This document shows, piece after piece, positions 1 to 8,332 of a stretch of 14,065 bases of DNA (position 1 is its first letter; every line of letters begins with the position of its first letter). The notes below the pieces were generated by a model. The model was not told the origin of the DNA. It searched no databases and saw nothing but the letters and a program-made list of their open reading frames with translations. The DNA is from Oligoflexus sp. (lineage in GTDB: Bacteria > Bdellovibrionota_B > Oligoflexia > Oligoflexales > Oligoflexaceae), in contig JBGSTX010000347.1 of the NCBI GenBank assembly GCA_041736305.1, positions 1-14,065 on the forward strand. Direction: 5' to 3'. The position numbers were made by a program, and so were the translations under genes.

Positions 1-1
1 C

Positions 2-3000
2 GAAAATCTCGAAGAGTCGGCCGCTGCTGCCCTTAAAATTGGTTATCCCGTAATTTTAAAAAGCGCTAACGGTGGTGGGGGGCGAGGCATTCGCAAAGTG
101 ATGACCCCTGAGGAACTGCCGCAGCAGTTTCGCTCCGTAACCGACGAAATTTTTCGCTTCTACGGCAACCGGGTCATCTTTATGGAAGCCCTCGTCGTGC
201 GCGGTCGTCACCTCGAAGTCCAGGCGCTCGGCGACTACTACGGGAACGTCCATACCTTCGGCGTCCGGGACTGTTCGGTGCAGCGGAACAATCAAAAGAT
301 CATTGAAGAGACGCCTCCCGCCCATCTGCCCGAGGAAGTCATGGAGGAGGTAGAAGCGGCGGCCGCGCGGCTTTTAAAAGCAGCCAGCTATCATGGAGCG
401 GGCACGGTTGAGTATCTCTACGATATGGATCGGCGGCAGGCCTTCTTTATGGAAGTCAACACGCGCCTCCAGGTGGAGCACCCGATTACAGAAGAATTGT
501 TTCAAGTTGATATGGTCCATCTCCAGCTGAAGGTGGCCTTAGGGGAAGAACTTAAAACAGTGAAGACGCAAAGGCGCGGCCACGTGATAGAGGTGCGCCT
601 CAATGCCGAGGATCCGGATCAAAAATTTGCGCCTACTCCTGGTTTGATCAAACGCTTTCTCCTCCCGCAGTTGCCGGGCATTCGCATCGACAGCGGTTTT
701 GAAGCAGGCGGACAGATTCCGCGTGAATACGATTCGATGATCGCGAAAATCATCGCTCAGGGGCCGGATCGGAGCGCGACAATAGCACGACTGACCCGAG
801 CGCTGCGCGAGCTGAAGGTCGAAATAGAAAACGGTACGACTAACCAAGGTTTCCTCTTGGAGCTGCTCGCTACCGACGAAGTGAAGCAAGGCGGGGTCCA
901 GACTAATTTCGTCGAAAAATTCCTCGAACAAGGGCAACGTCAGCAGCAGGTGAAGAACCGTTGGGACATAGCCCTCTTGGCTGCAGTGGTTTACCGCTAT
1001 GAGCAGCGTTATGGCGACGAGCTGAAAAACTTTACCGAGAAAGTCAGCCGTTTCAGCGCCCCTAGGGTGATGCCGAGTCTGGTGAGCAATCTCCAGCTGA
1101 CGCTTCAGGGTCATAAGTATCCGCTGCAGGTCTACGCGGTCAGCGATCAGATGTATCATATTCATTATCAGAAAGACGTAATCGCCTTTGAATACCGCAA
1201 CTGGGGCAACGAAATCATCCTCAAGGCGGGAGGTCGCAAGTTCAAGGCGCAGATCGTGCCCCGGGCTAATTCGCTGCAGTGCGAAGTCGAAGGCATTCCC
1301 TACCTGCTGCCCCTCGATGCTGGTGGTGCGATAGCCGCTCCCTCACCCAGCGTGGTTCTCACGGTGGAAGTCAAAGAAGGTCAAAAAGTTAAGAAGGGCG
1401 ATCTGCTTCTCACCTTAGAAGCGATGAAGATGGAGATGACGGTTTCAGCTCCGAACAACGGGACTATCAACGAGGTCCTCGTTAAGGCGGGCGAACAGGT
1501 TTCGGCTGGACAGAGCCTGATCGACTTGGAAGCTGAGCGGGAAGCGAGCACCGAGCCAGTGGTCACAGCGGAGCGTATCGACTTTTCTGATCTAGTCATC
1601 CCGCAGCACCCAAGTGCTGCAGCTGATGTGCGCCGCAGCTGGAACAAGCTGGCCCAGGAGTATTTTGCAGTCTTTCTCGGCTACGACTACAACGAGCCAG
1701 TCAGCCGTCTCCTTAGCCCCATTGAAAGCTTTTTGCAGACCCATCCCGAATACCGTCAGACCTGCGCTGATCTCGTCGTCCGCGCGATCGAAGCCTTCGT
1801 CAAGGTGCAGTCGCTCTTTCAAAACGACAATCTCGAAGCGGGTGAAGCGCGAGGTGCGGACGTCTACGAATGCCTCATGCACTATACTCTGCGGCGGGAA
1901 GATAGGGAAAAAGGCCTACCCAAGCCCTTTCTCCAAAGACTCGAGCAGGCGATCAGCATCTACGGCTGGGCTTCGAGCAAAGATCCCGAAGCGACTAGCA
2001 GGGGCCTCTTTCATCTCTTCAAAGCTTATGCCTCCAGTCGCGATGCGGCTGAGCTCATCCGGAGCAGCCTCCTCTTCCTGCAACACAGCTACTCCCAGGC
2101 CCAAGATTTCATAGCACCGCGGCGCTTCTCAGACCTTATGGACGAACTCGTCCGCATCGGTAAAGAGCATGTTCTCCTGACTGATGCTGCGATTTATACG
2201 CGCTATGAACTCGTCGATCGGGTTTTTCAAGAGCAAATTCAGGCCGAGCGGAAAAAGCAGGTTGCCCTGCTCCTCAAGGCGGCTCTTGAAAAAAATGAAG
2301 AAGATCCCCGTTTGATGCAGGAAGTCCTGGACTCGGGCCATCAGATCATCAGTCACCTGGTTCAGCAGTTCGATGAAAAGTCGAGTCGCGCGAACACCAT
2401 CCTCGAGCTGGTGGGACGGCGTTTCAACCGCGATCGCAGCGTGATCAAGGGCGAGCACATCGTGCACGGTGGGCATAAGCTCTTCGTCTATAACTGCAAG
2501 ACCTACAATGAGGAATTCACCAGCGTCGCCACCATTATCGACGAGCAGGATTTCCTCGAGTCTCTGCAGTGGCTGCGAAGCGCGCTTGAATCGCTGAAGA
2601 GCGATCGGCAGATGGAATGTATCATCCTCGTCAGGATCAAATCCGACAATCCCGAGCTACTCTTCGTCGCGCAGATGGCGAAAGTTCCTCTGCCGGTGAA
2701 AGTCTGCAGTCTCGGTCTCTGCCGCGAAGATGATTACTCCTACCGTTCGTTCCACTACGAGAACGAGGAGTGGAGCGAAGACATCCGCCGTCGCTCCTTC
2801 AGTCCTCTGCGCTATCGCGAGCTGCGACTCGACCGCTTAGTAAATTTCGATAGTGAGCTGCTCTACTCGAGCCGCTACGTCCATGTCATGAAGCTCGAAG
2901 CCAAAGACAATCCGAAGGACCAGCGCCTCTTTGCTTTTGTTGAAGTACCAGAAACCAAGTTCAACCTCAGTGAAAGCAACGTCATCGAACGAATCGATGC

Positions 3001-5044
3001 CTTCGAACTCGGCATGCTCGAAGCCATTAAAGCTATCCGTGAGCAGCAGGCTCGTCAGCGGCGGACCTACTTCTGGAACCGTATCATTGTTCATATCGGC
3101 CACACCCACCCGCTAAAACTCGAGCAGATCGGGCAGTATCCGCAGAAGGTGCTCGGACTGGTCGAGGGGATCGGCCTCGAAAAGATAGTGATCTATACGA
3201 AGATCGCCGGTAGACAGCGGAAAGCTATCGACTCGGAAGTCCTGGTAGAAAATTTTGCCACCCAGTACAGCGTCCGCGGCCGCATTCCTTCTCGTGCACC
3301 GCTCGTGGCGCTCGATTCCTACACGAGCAAAGTCGTCAACTCGATGCGCCTGCAGAGTCCCTATCCCTACGAAGTCGTCAACATGCTGACCAACTCCTCG
3401 AGTGCCGAATTCCTCTGGGGACAGTTTGTCGAGTACGATATTAGCTTCACCGCCAACGGTCAGCAGAAGACGGTCAGCGTCGAGGGCCGACCTCCCGGCA
3501 ACAACAACAGCAATGTCGTCTTCGGGAAGATACGCAACCGCGATCACAGCGGCCTTACCTACGAGAGAGTACTCCTGCTCGGCGATCCATCGAAAGACCT
3601 GGGCTCCCTCGCCGAAGCCGAGTGTCGCCGCGTGATGGCAGCCATTGATCTAGCCGAAGAAGAAGGCATACCACTCGAATGGGTGCCAATCTCTTCTGGT
3701 GCAGCGATCGATATGCAGACGGGTACAGAAAACCTCGACTGGACAGCGCGCGCCCTGCGGCGCATCGTTGAATTCACGCAGAACGGGGGTGAAATCAATA
3801 TCATCGTCGCCGGGATCAATGTCGGAGCACAGTCTTATTGGAATGCAGAAGCCACCATGCTGATGCATACGCGCGGACTTCTGATCATGACCGAAAAAGG
3901 AACGATGGTTCTCACCGGCAAAAAAGCCCTCGATTTCTCCGGCAGCGTCTCAGCTGAAGATAATATTGGTATAGGCGGGGTCGAGAGGATCATGGGGCCC
4001 AACGGTCAGGCTCAGTACCGCGTTAAAGATCTGGCGGAAGCTTACCGCTTGCTCTTCCGGCACTACCGGCTGAGCTTTGTCTCGACCGCTATCCCTTATG
4101 GAACGAAACGTCCCAGCAAGGATCCGAGTGATCGCGACATCTCGATCTATCCCTATCAGGATAAGTTAGGGCAGAACTTCTCGAGCATCGGCGACATCGT
4201 CGGTCCGCAGAATACGGAACGCAAAAAGCCCTTCGATATGCGGCAGATCATGCACGCGGTACGAGATCAGGATGGCGAAATCCTCGAGCGCTGGCAGCTT
4301 ATGCGCGACGCCGAGAACGCTATCGTCTGGGAGACCCAGATCTGCGGTTATCCCGTAGGTTTGCTAGGGATCGAAAGTCGCAATTTGAAGCGCTACGGTG
4401 ATATCCCCAATGATGGTCCTGATTCGTGGACGGGTGGAACGCTCTTTCCACAATCCTCAAAAAAGGTGGCGCGGGCGATCAACTCTTTCAGCGAGCAGTT
4501 GCCGGTGGTGGTACTGGCCAATCTATCGGGCTTCGATGGTTCGCCGGAATCGCTTCGCAAACTGCAGCTGGAATACGGGGCCGAGATAGGGCGGGCCGTA
4601 GTTAACTTCAAGGGGCCGCTGATCTTTATAGTCATCGCACGCTACCACGGCGGAGCCTATGTGGTCTTCTCCAAGACCTTGAATCCCCAAATGCGCGTGG
4701 CGGCCTTGGAAGCTACCTACGCGTCGGTTATCGGCGGCGCACCCGCGGCTGCGGTAGTCTTTCCTCGGCAGGTGCTCAAGAACACTTTCGCGGATCCGCA
4801 GATTGCGACGCTGCAAGATCTTCTCCGCAGGGGTGAAATCACGCAGGCGCAGTTTGATGACAGCTTCCACACGGTTCATCTGGAACAGCAGGCGAAACTT
4901 GCTCAGAAATTTGAGAAGATTCATTCGGTGGAGCGGGCTCTACAGGTGGGTTCTGTCGATGATATCGTGTCTGCGCAAAAGCAGCGGCCCTATATTCATG
5001 AGCAGCTGATACTCGGGATTAAGGCCTATACCGAGGCTCGTTAA
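2..5044 (+). CDS. Single-chain multidomain acyl/acetyl-CoA carboxylase (biotin carboxylase + BCCP + central domain + carboxyltransferase), 5'-partial
   Basis: The frame is open from base 2 (ENLEESAAAALKIGYPVILKSANGGGGRGIRKV, the ATP-grasp motif), so the true start is left of the window, not at 98. BC motifs: RDCSVQRNNQKIIEE, FMEVNTRLQVEHPITE, IEVRLNAED. Biotinylation motif EAMKM at 1418-1432. CT motifs: ISSGA, NVGAQSY, GGTLFP, LANLSGFDG, YHGGAYV. Confidence 0.95.
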   Translation, partial: ENLEESAAAALKIGYPVILKSANGGGGRGIRKVMTPEELPQQFRSVTDEIFRFYGNRVIFMEALVVRGRHLEVQALGDYYGNVHTFGVRDCSVQRNNQKIIEETPPAHLPEEVMEEVEAAAARLLKAASYHGAGTVEYLYDMDRRQAFFMEVNTRLQVEHPITEELFQVDMVHLQLKVALGEELKTVKTQRRGHVIEVRLNAEDPDQKFAPTPGLIKRFLLPQLPGIRIDSGFEAGGQIPREYDSMIAKIIAQGPDRSATIARLTRALRELKVEIENGTTNQGFLLELLATDEVKQGGVQTNFVEKFLEQGQRQQQVKNRWDIALLAAVVYRYEQRYGDELKNFTEKVSRFSAPRVMPSLVSNLQLTLQGHKYPLQVYAVSDQMYHIHYQKDVIAFEYRNWGNEIILKAGGRKFKAQIVPRANSLQCEVEGIPYLLPLDAGGAIAAPSPSVVLTVEVKEGQKVKKGDLLLTLEAMKMEMTVSAPNNGTINEVLVKAGEQVSAGQSLIDLEAEREASTEPVVTAERIDFSDLVIPQHPSAAADVRRSWNKLAQEYFAVFLGYDYNEPVSRLLSPIESFLQTHPEYRQTCADLVVRAIEAFVKVQSLFQNDNLEAGEARGADVYECLMHYTLRREDREKGLPKPFLQRLEQAISIYGWASSKDPEATSRGLFHLFKAYASSRDAAELIRSSLLFLQHSYSQAQDFIAPRRFSDLMDELVRIGKEHVLLTDAAIYTRYELVDRVFQEQIQAERKKQVALLLKAALEKNEEDPRLMQEVLDSGHQIISHLVQQFDEKSSRANTILELVGRRFNRDRSVIKGEHIVHGGHKLFVYNCKTYNEEFTSVATIIDEQDFLESLQWLRSALESLKSDRQMECIILVRIKSDNPELLFVAQMAKVPLPVKVCSLGLCREDDYSYRSFHYENEEWSEDIRRRSFSPLRYRELRLDRLVNFDSELLYSSRYVHVMKLEAKDNPKDQRLFAFVEVPETKFNLSESNVIERIDAFELGMLEAIKAIREQQARQRRTYFWNRIIVHIGHTHPLKLEQIGQYPQKVLGLVEGIGLEKIVIYTKIAGRQRKAIDSEVLVENFATQYSVRGRIPSRAPLVALDSYTSKVVNSMRLQSPYPYEVVNMLTNSSSAEFLWGQFVEYDISFTANGQQKTVSVEGRPPGNNNSNVVFGKIRNRDHSGLTYERVLLLGDPSKDLGSLAEAECRRVMAAIDLAEEEGIPLEWVPISSGAAIDMQTGTENLDWTARALRRIVEFTQNGGEINIIVAGINVGAQSYWNAEATMLMHTRGLLIMTEKGTMVLTGKKALDFSGSVSAEDNIGIGGVERIMGPNGQAQYRVKDLAEAYRLLFRHYRLSFVSTAIPYGTKRPSKDPSDRDISIYPYQDKLGQNFSSIGDIVGPQNTERKKPFDMRQIMHAVRDQDGEILERWQLMRDAENAIVWETQICGYPVGLLGIESRNLKRYGDIPNDGPDSWTGGTLFPQSSKKVARAINSFSEQLPVVVLANLSGFDGSPESLRKLQLEYGAEIGRAVVNFKGPLIFIVIARYHGGAYVVFSKTLNPQMRVAALEATYASVIGGAPAAAVVFPRQVLKNTFADPQIATLQDLLRRGEITQAQFDDSFHTVHLEQQAKLAQKFEKIHSVERALQVGSVDDIVSAQKQRPYIHEQLILGIKAYTEAR

Positions 5045-6267
5045 GCGGGCTTCTTAGCCTGAGGAGCGGCCTCAGGCTTTTCTGCCTTCCGAACTTCGGC
5101 TATTTTCTTGGCGGTCGATTCATGCTCGTCGACGACGTAGATGTGATTCGACTTCAGTTTTTCTTTCTTCTCCCTCAGTTTATCTAGACTCTGCTTCGCA
5201 CCATGGACAAAGGGGGTCATGATCGACTCGTCAAAATCCTTGGGGGTGGCAGTTGTAAGCATTTCTAGGGCCGTTTCGGCTGATAATGCTGGTTTATACA
5301 CCCGTTTCATGAGCAGGGCAGAGTACGCGTCAGCGATGGCAACGATGCGGGAGTAGCGATGGATGCCTTGCTTAGGATCGTCTTCTAGACGTCCCCGTTT
5401 ACCGCTTGGATACCCACCTCCAGCAAAACGCTCGTGATGCTCCAGCGCCACACGAGCCGCCAGATCATCGATAGGTGCTCCCGCAGCAATTGCGTGCATA
5501 AGCTCGGTGTAGCCGTGCATGGCATGCGTCTTCATGACCTCGAATTCATCAGGTGTAAATGAGCCTGGCTTATTCAAAATGGCATTTGGAATACAGGACT
5601 TCCCTGCGTCGTGATAGAGCCCACACTGGGAGATAATTTCGGCTTCTTTACTAGAGAGTTTGGGATCTACGTATTGTTTAGCCAAAATAGTAGAGAACAT
5701 AGCAACCGAGGCGCTGTGGTCATAAAGAGTTGGATCGATAGTAATCATACGGCTGAGAGTGCTCATTGCCAGCTCGTTATCCATCAACTGACTTACCATA
5801 TAAGCTGCCGCTGATTTCACGCGTTCTGCTACTGACTTAGAGATTCCGCCCCTGAGAATCATCTGACTCGCCCCGCTGAGGTCGGTAAAAGTCTCTAGAG
5901 TCCGACGATCGAGTGAGGGGTCTTTTTCGATGAGATGATTTATTTTCTTTTGGCGAACATAGGATATTGTATGCTCAAACTTCGAATAGTCCTTCTTCGC
6001 CAAAAGTACTTCGATACCGATTTCAGACCGCAAGCTCACGGCCCAGATATGCTCGAGGAGTTCGTGGCTAAGTTCAGAAGGTCGGATGTATTCAATTACT
6101 TCGTTTTCTACGTGGATGTAAATACTGAAGTCGATGGTAGGGACTTCCCAAAGATAGGAGAAAAGGTCGAGGCTTATCGGTCGGAAATGCTGGAGCAAGC
6201 TCTCGGTCACGGGCATGATTTTGCATCTCTTCCGAGTCGAGTCTTTAAGGATGAACTTTTTAGACAT
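5041..6267 (-). CDS. HD-GYP domain protein (cyclic dinucleotide phosphodiesterase) with uncharacterised N-terminal domain
   Basis: Motifs LYDHS, GLYHDAGK, ILNKPG, KTH, HHERFAGGGYPSG (5407-5439), IVAIADAY, RVYK. ATG at 6267 follows GGGAAG and is preferred over TTG at 6273. ATG at 6216 is also possible. Confidence 0.92.
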   Translation of the reverse strand: MSKKFILKDSTRKRCKIMPVTESLLQHFRPISLDLFSYLWEVPTIDFSIYIHVENEVIEYIRPSELSHELLEHIWAVSLRSEIGIEVLLAKKDYSKFEHTISYVRQKKINHLIEKDPSLDRRTLETFTDLSGASQMILRGGISKSVAERVKSAAAYMVSQLMDNELAMSTLSRMITIDPTLYDHSASVAMFSTILAKQYVDPKLSSKEAEIISQCGLYHDAGKSCIPNAILNKPGSFTPDEFEVMKTHAMHGYTELMHAIAAGAPIDDLAARVALEHHERFAGGGYPSGKRGRLEDDPKQGIHRYSRIVAIADAYSALLMKRVYKPALSAETALEMLTTATPKDFDESIMTPFVHGAKQSLDKLREKKEKLKSNHIYVVDEHESTAKKIAEVRKAEKPEAAPQAKKPA

Positions 6268-6334
6268 ACTCAACTTCCCATGAGAATTGGCAAAACACCA
6301 GTTTAGCGAAACGAAGCCTGAGTTGGACTACTCC

Positions 6335-6361
6335 CTATCGGCAGTAGTGGGCCAGTCTTGA
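6335..6361 (-). promoter_or_regulatory. Sigma-28 (FliA)-type promoter for the HD-GYP gene
   Basis: Minus strand reads TCAAG-actggcccactact(14 nt)-GCCGATAG, about 70 nt upstream of the start codon. This matches the FliA consensus T(A/C)AAG-N14-GCCGATA. Confidence 0.8.
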
Positions 6362-6379
6362 TAGAGTTTTGCTTAGGGA

Positions 6380-6409
6380 TTGCCCACTTTTGCATATTCC
6401 ATATAAAAT
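6380..6409 (+). promoter_or_regulatory. Possible sigma-70 promoter for the stand-alone receiver gene
   Basis: TTGCCC-N18-TAAAAT in the AT-rich divergent intergenic region. Partial match only. Confidence 0.3.
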
Positions 6410-6491
6410 GGACGAATGATTTCCTGGCGATCGCCTGTGCTGGGCATCAGCTAGAAGCTGTCTCAAAACTAGCGAAAGGAATCTCTCACTC

Positions 6492-6884
6492 ATGACTCCT
6501 GCCCCGGTGACAATTTTGGTCGTCGACGATGAAAGCGATTTTCTCTATTACATTTGCAAGGTCTTGGAGCAAGCAGGCTTCAAGGTCCTCTATGCCGACA
6601 ACGGCCGAAAGGCTTGGGAGCTCTTCGAAACGATGTCGCCCAGTCTGGTTCTCACCGATCTCGTAATGCCCGAGCAGAATGGATATCAGCTGGCTTCGAA
6701 TATTCGGACTTCGAAGTCTCCCGATACTCCTATCATATCGCTGACGGGTTATCCTTTTCGCGACGATGAGACTCGGTCGGATACCAAGCTCGTTGATCTT
6801 TACTTAACGAAACCTATCCAGACTTCGGATCTCCTCACAGCTATTACAATCTGTCTCGACAAAGCTGAAGGTGCGGGAATCTGA
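6492..6884 (+). CDS. Stand-alone response regulator receiver (REC) protein
   Basis: ILVVDDE acidic pocket, phosphoacceptor in LTDLVMP, SLTG and TKP are all intact. No output domain. AAGGA lies upstream. Confidence 0.93.
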   Translation: MTPAPVTILVVDDESDFLYYICKVLEQAGFKVLYADNGRKAWELFETMSPSLVLTDLVMPEQNGYQLASNIRTSKSPDTPIISLTGYPFRDDETRSDTKLVDLYLTKPIQTSDLLTAITICLDKAEGAGI

Positions 6885-7068
6885 TTTAACTCCACTAAAA
6901 AAACTCGCGCTTGGCGCAGGCTTTATAAGAGTCGGCGCCGCTACACTCTTCATCTTCTTCTCATCTCAAGTCTGCAATATTTCATGAATATCGGCTGGCT
7001 GATCAGTTGGACAGCGCCACTCTCTGCTGGTCCAATTGTCCTTTAAGTCTCTCAAAACAGGAGAAGCC

Positions 7069-7488
7069 ATGATTCGTAAGGATTTTAATGAAGTAGTGCA
7101 GAAAATTCCCCATCTGGTGGCAGAAGGTCTTCTCTCTCCAGAAGATCCTCTTTTTGAGCAGAAGCGGCATGATTTTTTAAACAACGGTCTATATCTTCAG
7201 CAAGCGAATGATGCACTTTCTTACCTTAAAGAAATAGGTCGTTCGACTCGCTTTTCACAATGGCAGCGCCTGAATTGCAGCCCACAGCGGATTCAAGCTC
7301 TCGTCGAGTGGCATGCAGGTCGGAACGTATCACCGGGTGCGGTTATTGTAGGAGCACTGCATCTGGGCTTTACGATGGGGGTGCATGAAGAAAATCGCGT
7401 CTATTTCAACTTCCTTTCGAGACAAATCGAGACCGAACTTTTGCAGCTGAGAAAACGCCAGCTGGTAAGACAGGTTGTCGGTGCCTGA
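7069..7488 (+). CDS. Hypothetical protein (139 aa)
   Basis: AGGAG RBS followed by ATG at 7069, better than TTG at 7036. Globular composition, same orientation as its neighbours. Confidence 0.75.
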   Translation: MIRKDFNEVVQKIPHLVAEGLLSPEDPLFEQKRHDFLNNGLYLQQANDALSYLKEIGRSTRFSQWQRLNCSPQRIQALVEWHAGRNVSPGAVIVGALHLGFTMGVHEENRVYFNFLSRQIETELLQLRKRQLVRQVVGA

Positions 7489-7531
7489 TAAAACTGCCTA
7501 AAAAGTACTGAGACTCAGGCTTCCACCAGCC

Positions 7532-7558
7532 TCAAGGGCTTAGATCTTCAACCGATAG
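7532..7558 (+). promoter_or_regulatory. Sigma-28 (FliA)-type promoter for the Sel1-REC gene
   Basis: TCAAG-ggcttagatcttca(14 nt)-ACCGATAG, ending 30 nt before ATG 7589. Same -35 box and spacing as the 6335-6361 site. Confidence 0.75.
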
Positions 7559-7588
7559 AACTAGAGCCACACCTGAGCAACTACTCAC

Positions 7589-8332
7589 ATGATCGAGGCG
7601 AATACGGTGGGATCCAAGGGTTCAGAAACTTCTCTAAAAGAGCTGGAAGCAGCGGCTGAAGCAGGCGAGGGAAATGCCCTCCAGGCTTTGGCCATGCTGC
7701 ATGAACTCGGGCTGGTCCCTCACGCTTCCACCGCCACGGCGGTCCTCTGTTACACCAAAGCAGTCAGGGCGGGTAGCGCAGAAGCTGCGATTGCTCTGGC
7801 CCATCTGCAAGAGAGAAATCCAAATCAAAATCCTCAGCGGCAGAAGGTCATTGAAGGCCTCTATCAGTTTGCTGCGGCTAAAGGCTTTCACAGTGCTGCG
7901 CTTCGCCTGCAGCAGACTTATCCTAAGCAGGCCAAAGGAATGGTCATCGTAGTTGATCCGACGGATGCGAGTCGCCTGAAGACCAAATCGATCTTGGAAG
8001 CGGCTGGTTATATGGTGCAGGATTTCTTCGATCCCTATAAGGCTTTGCGCTTGGTTGAAAACGATGAGCCAATCGATCTGATCATCAGCGATGTGCAGAT
8101 GAAAGTCTTGGATGGAGTCGAGATGCTGCAGCTGATTCGGCAGCGTTATCTGCGAACTGATATTCCGGTTATGCTGCTTTCGCAGTCGAGCAGCGTTGAG
8201 GCTTTGAAACGCGCGAAGACCTATGGCGTGCAAGCTTGGGTAATAAAGCCTTACGATGCGGATGCTCTCCTGCAGTCGGTACAAAAGCTCGTCGCGAGCG
8301 CCTCCAAAACAGCTGCGAAGAAAGCCTCCTGA
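7589..8332 (+). CDS. Sel1-like repeat / CheY-like receiver fusion protein
   Basis: N-terminal half has Sel1-like repeats (AAEAGEGNALQALAMLHELG, YTKAVRAGSAEAAIALAHL, YQFAAAKGFHSA). C-terminal half is REC (VIVVDP, IISDVQM, LLSQ, WVIKPY). Confidence 0.88.
   Translation: MIEANTVGSKGSETSLKELEAAAEAGEGNALQALAMLHELGLVPHASTATAVLCYTKAVRAGSAEAAIALAHLQERNPNQNPQRQKVIEGLYQFAAAKGFHSAALRLQQTYPKQAKGMVIVVDPTDASRLKTKSILEAAGYMVQDFFDPYKALRLVENDEPIDLIISDVQMKVLDGVEMLQLIRQRYLRTDIPVMLLSQSSSVEALKRAKTYGVQAWVIKPYDADALLQSVQKLVASASKTAAKKAS

Noticed and set aside
98..100. GTG at 98 as the start of the carboxylase
   Set aside because: The upstream in-frame sequence encodes the conserved GYPVILKS..GGGGRG motif, so the gene starts before the window.
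56..5009. Numerous antisense and alternate-frame ORFs within the carboxylase (e.g. 539-1165 minus, 1614-2114 plus)
   Set aside because: Shadow ORFs of a strongly conserved gene, with no recognisable motifs.
5935..6306. 123-aa plus-strand ORF
   Set aside because: Antisense to the HD-GYP gene, non-ATG start, no motif.
6988..6995. Perfect sigma-28 -10 box GCCGATAT on the minus strand
   Set aside because: No -35 box at 14-nt spacing (CTGTC) and no credible downstream gene. An antisense promoter cannot be excluded but is unsupported.
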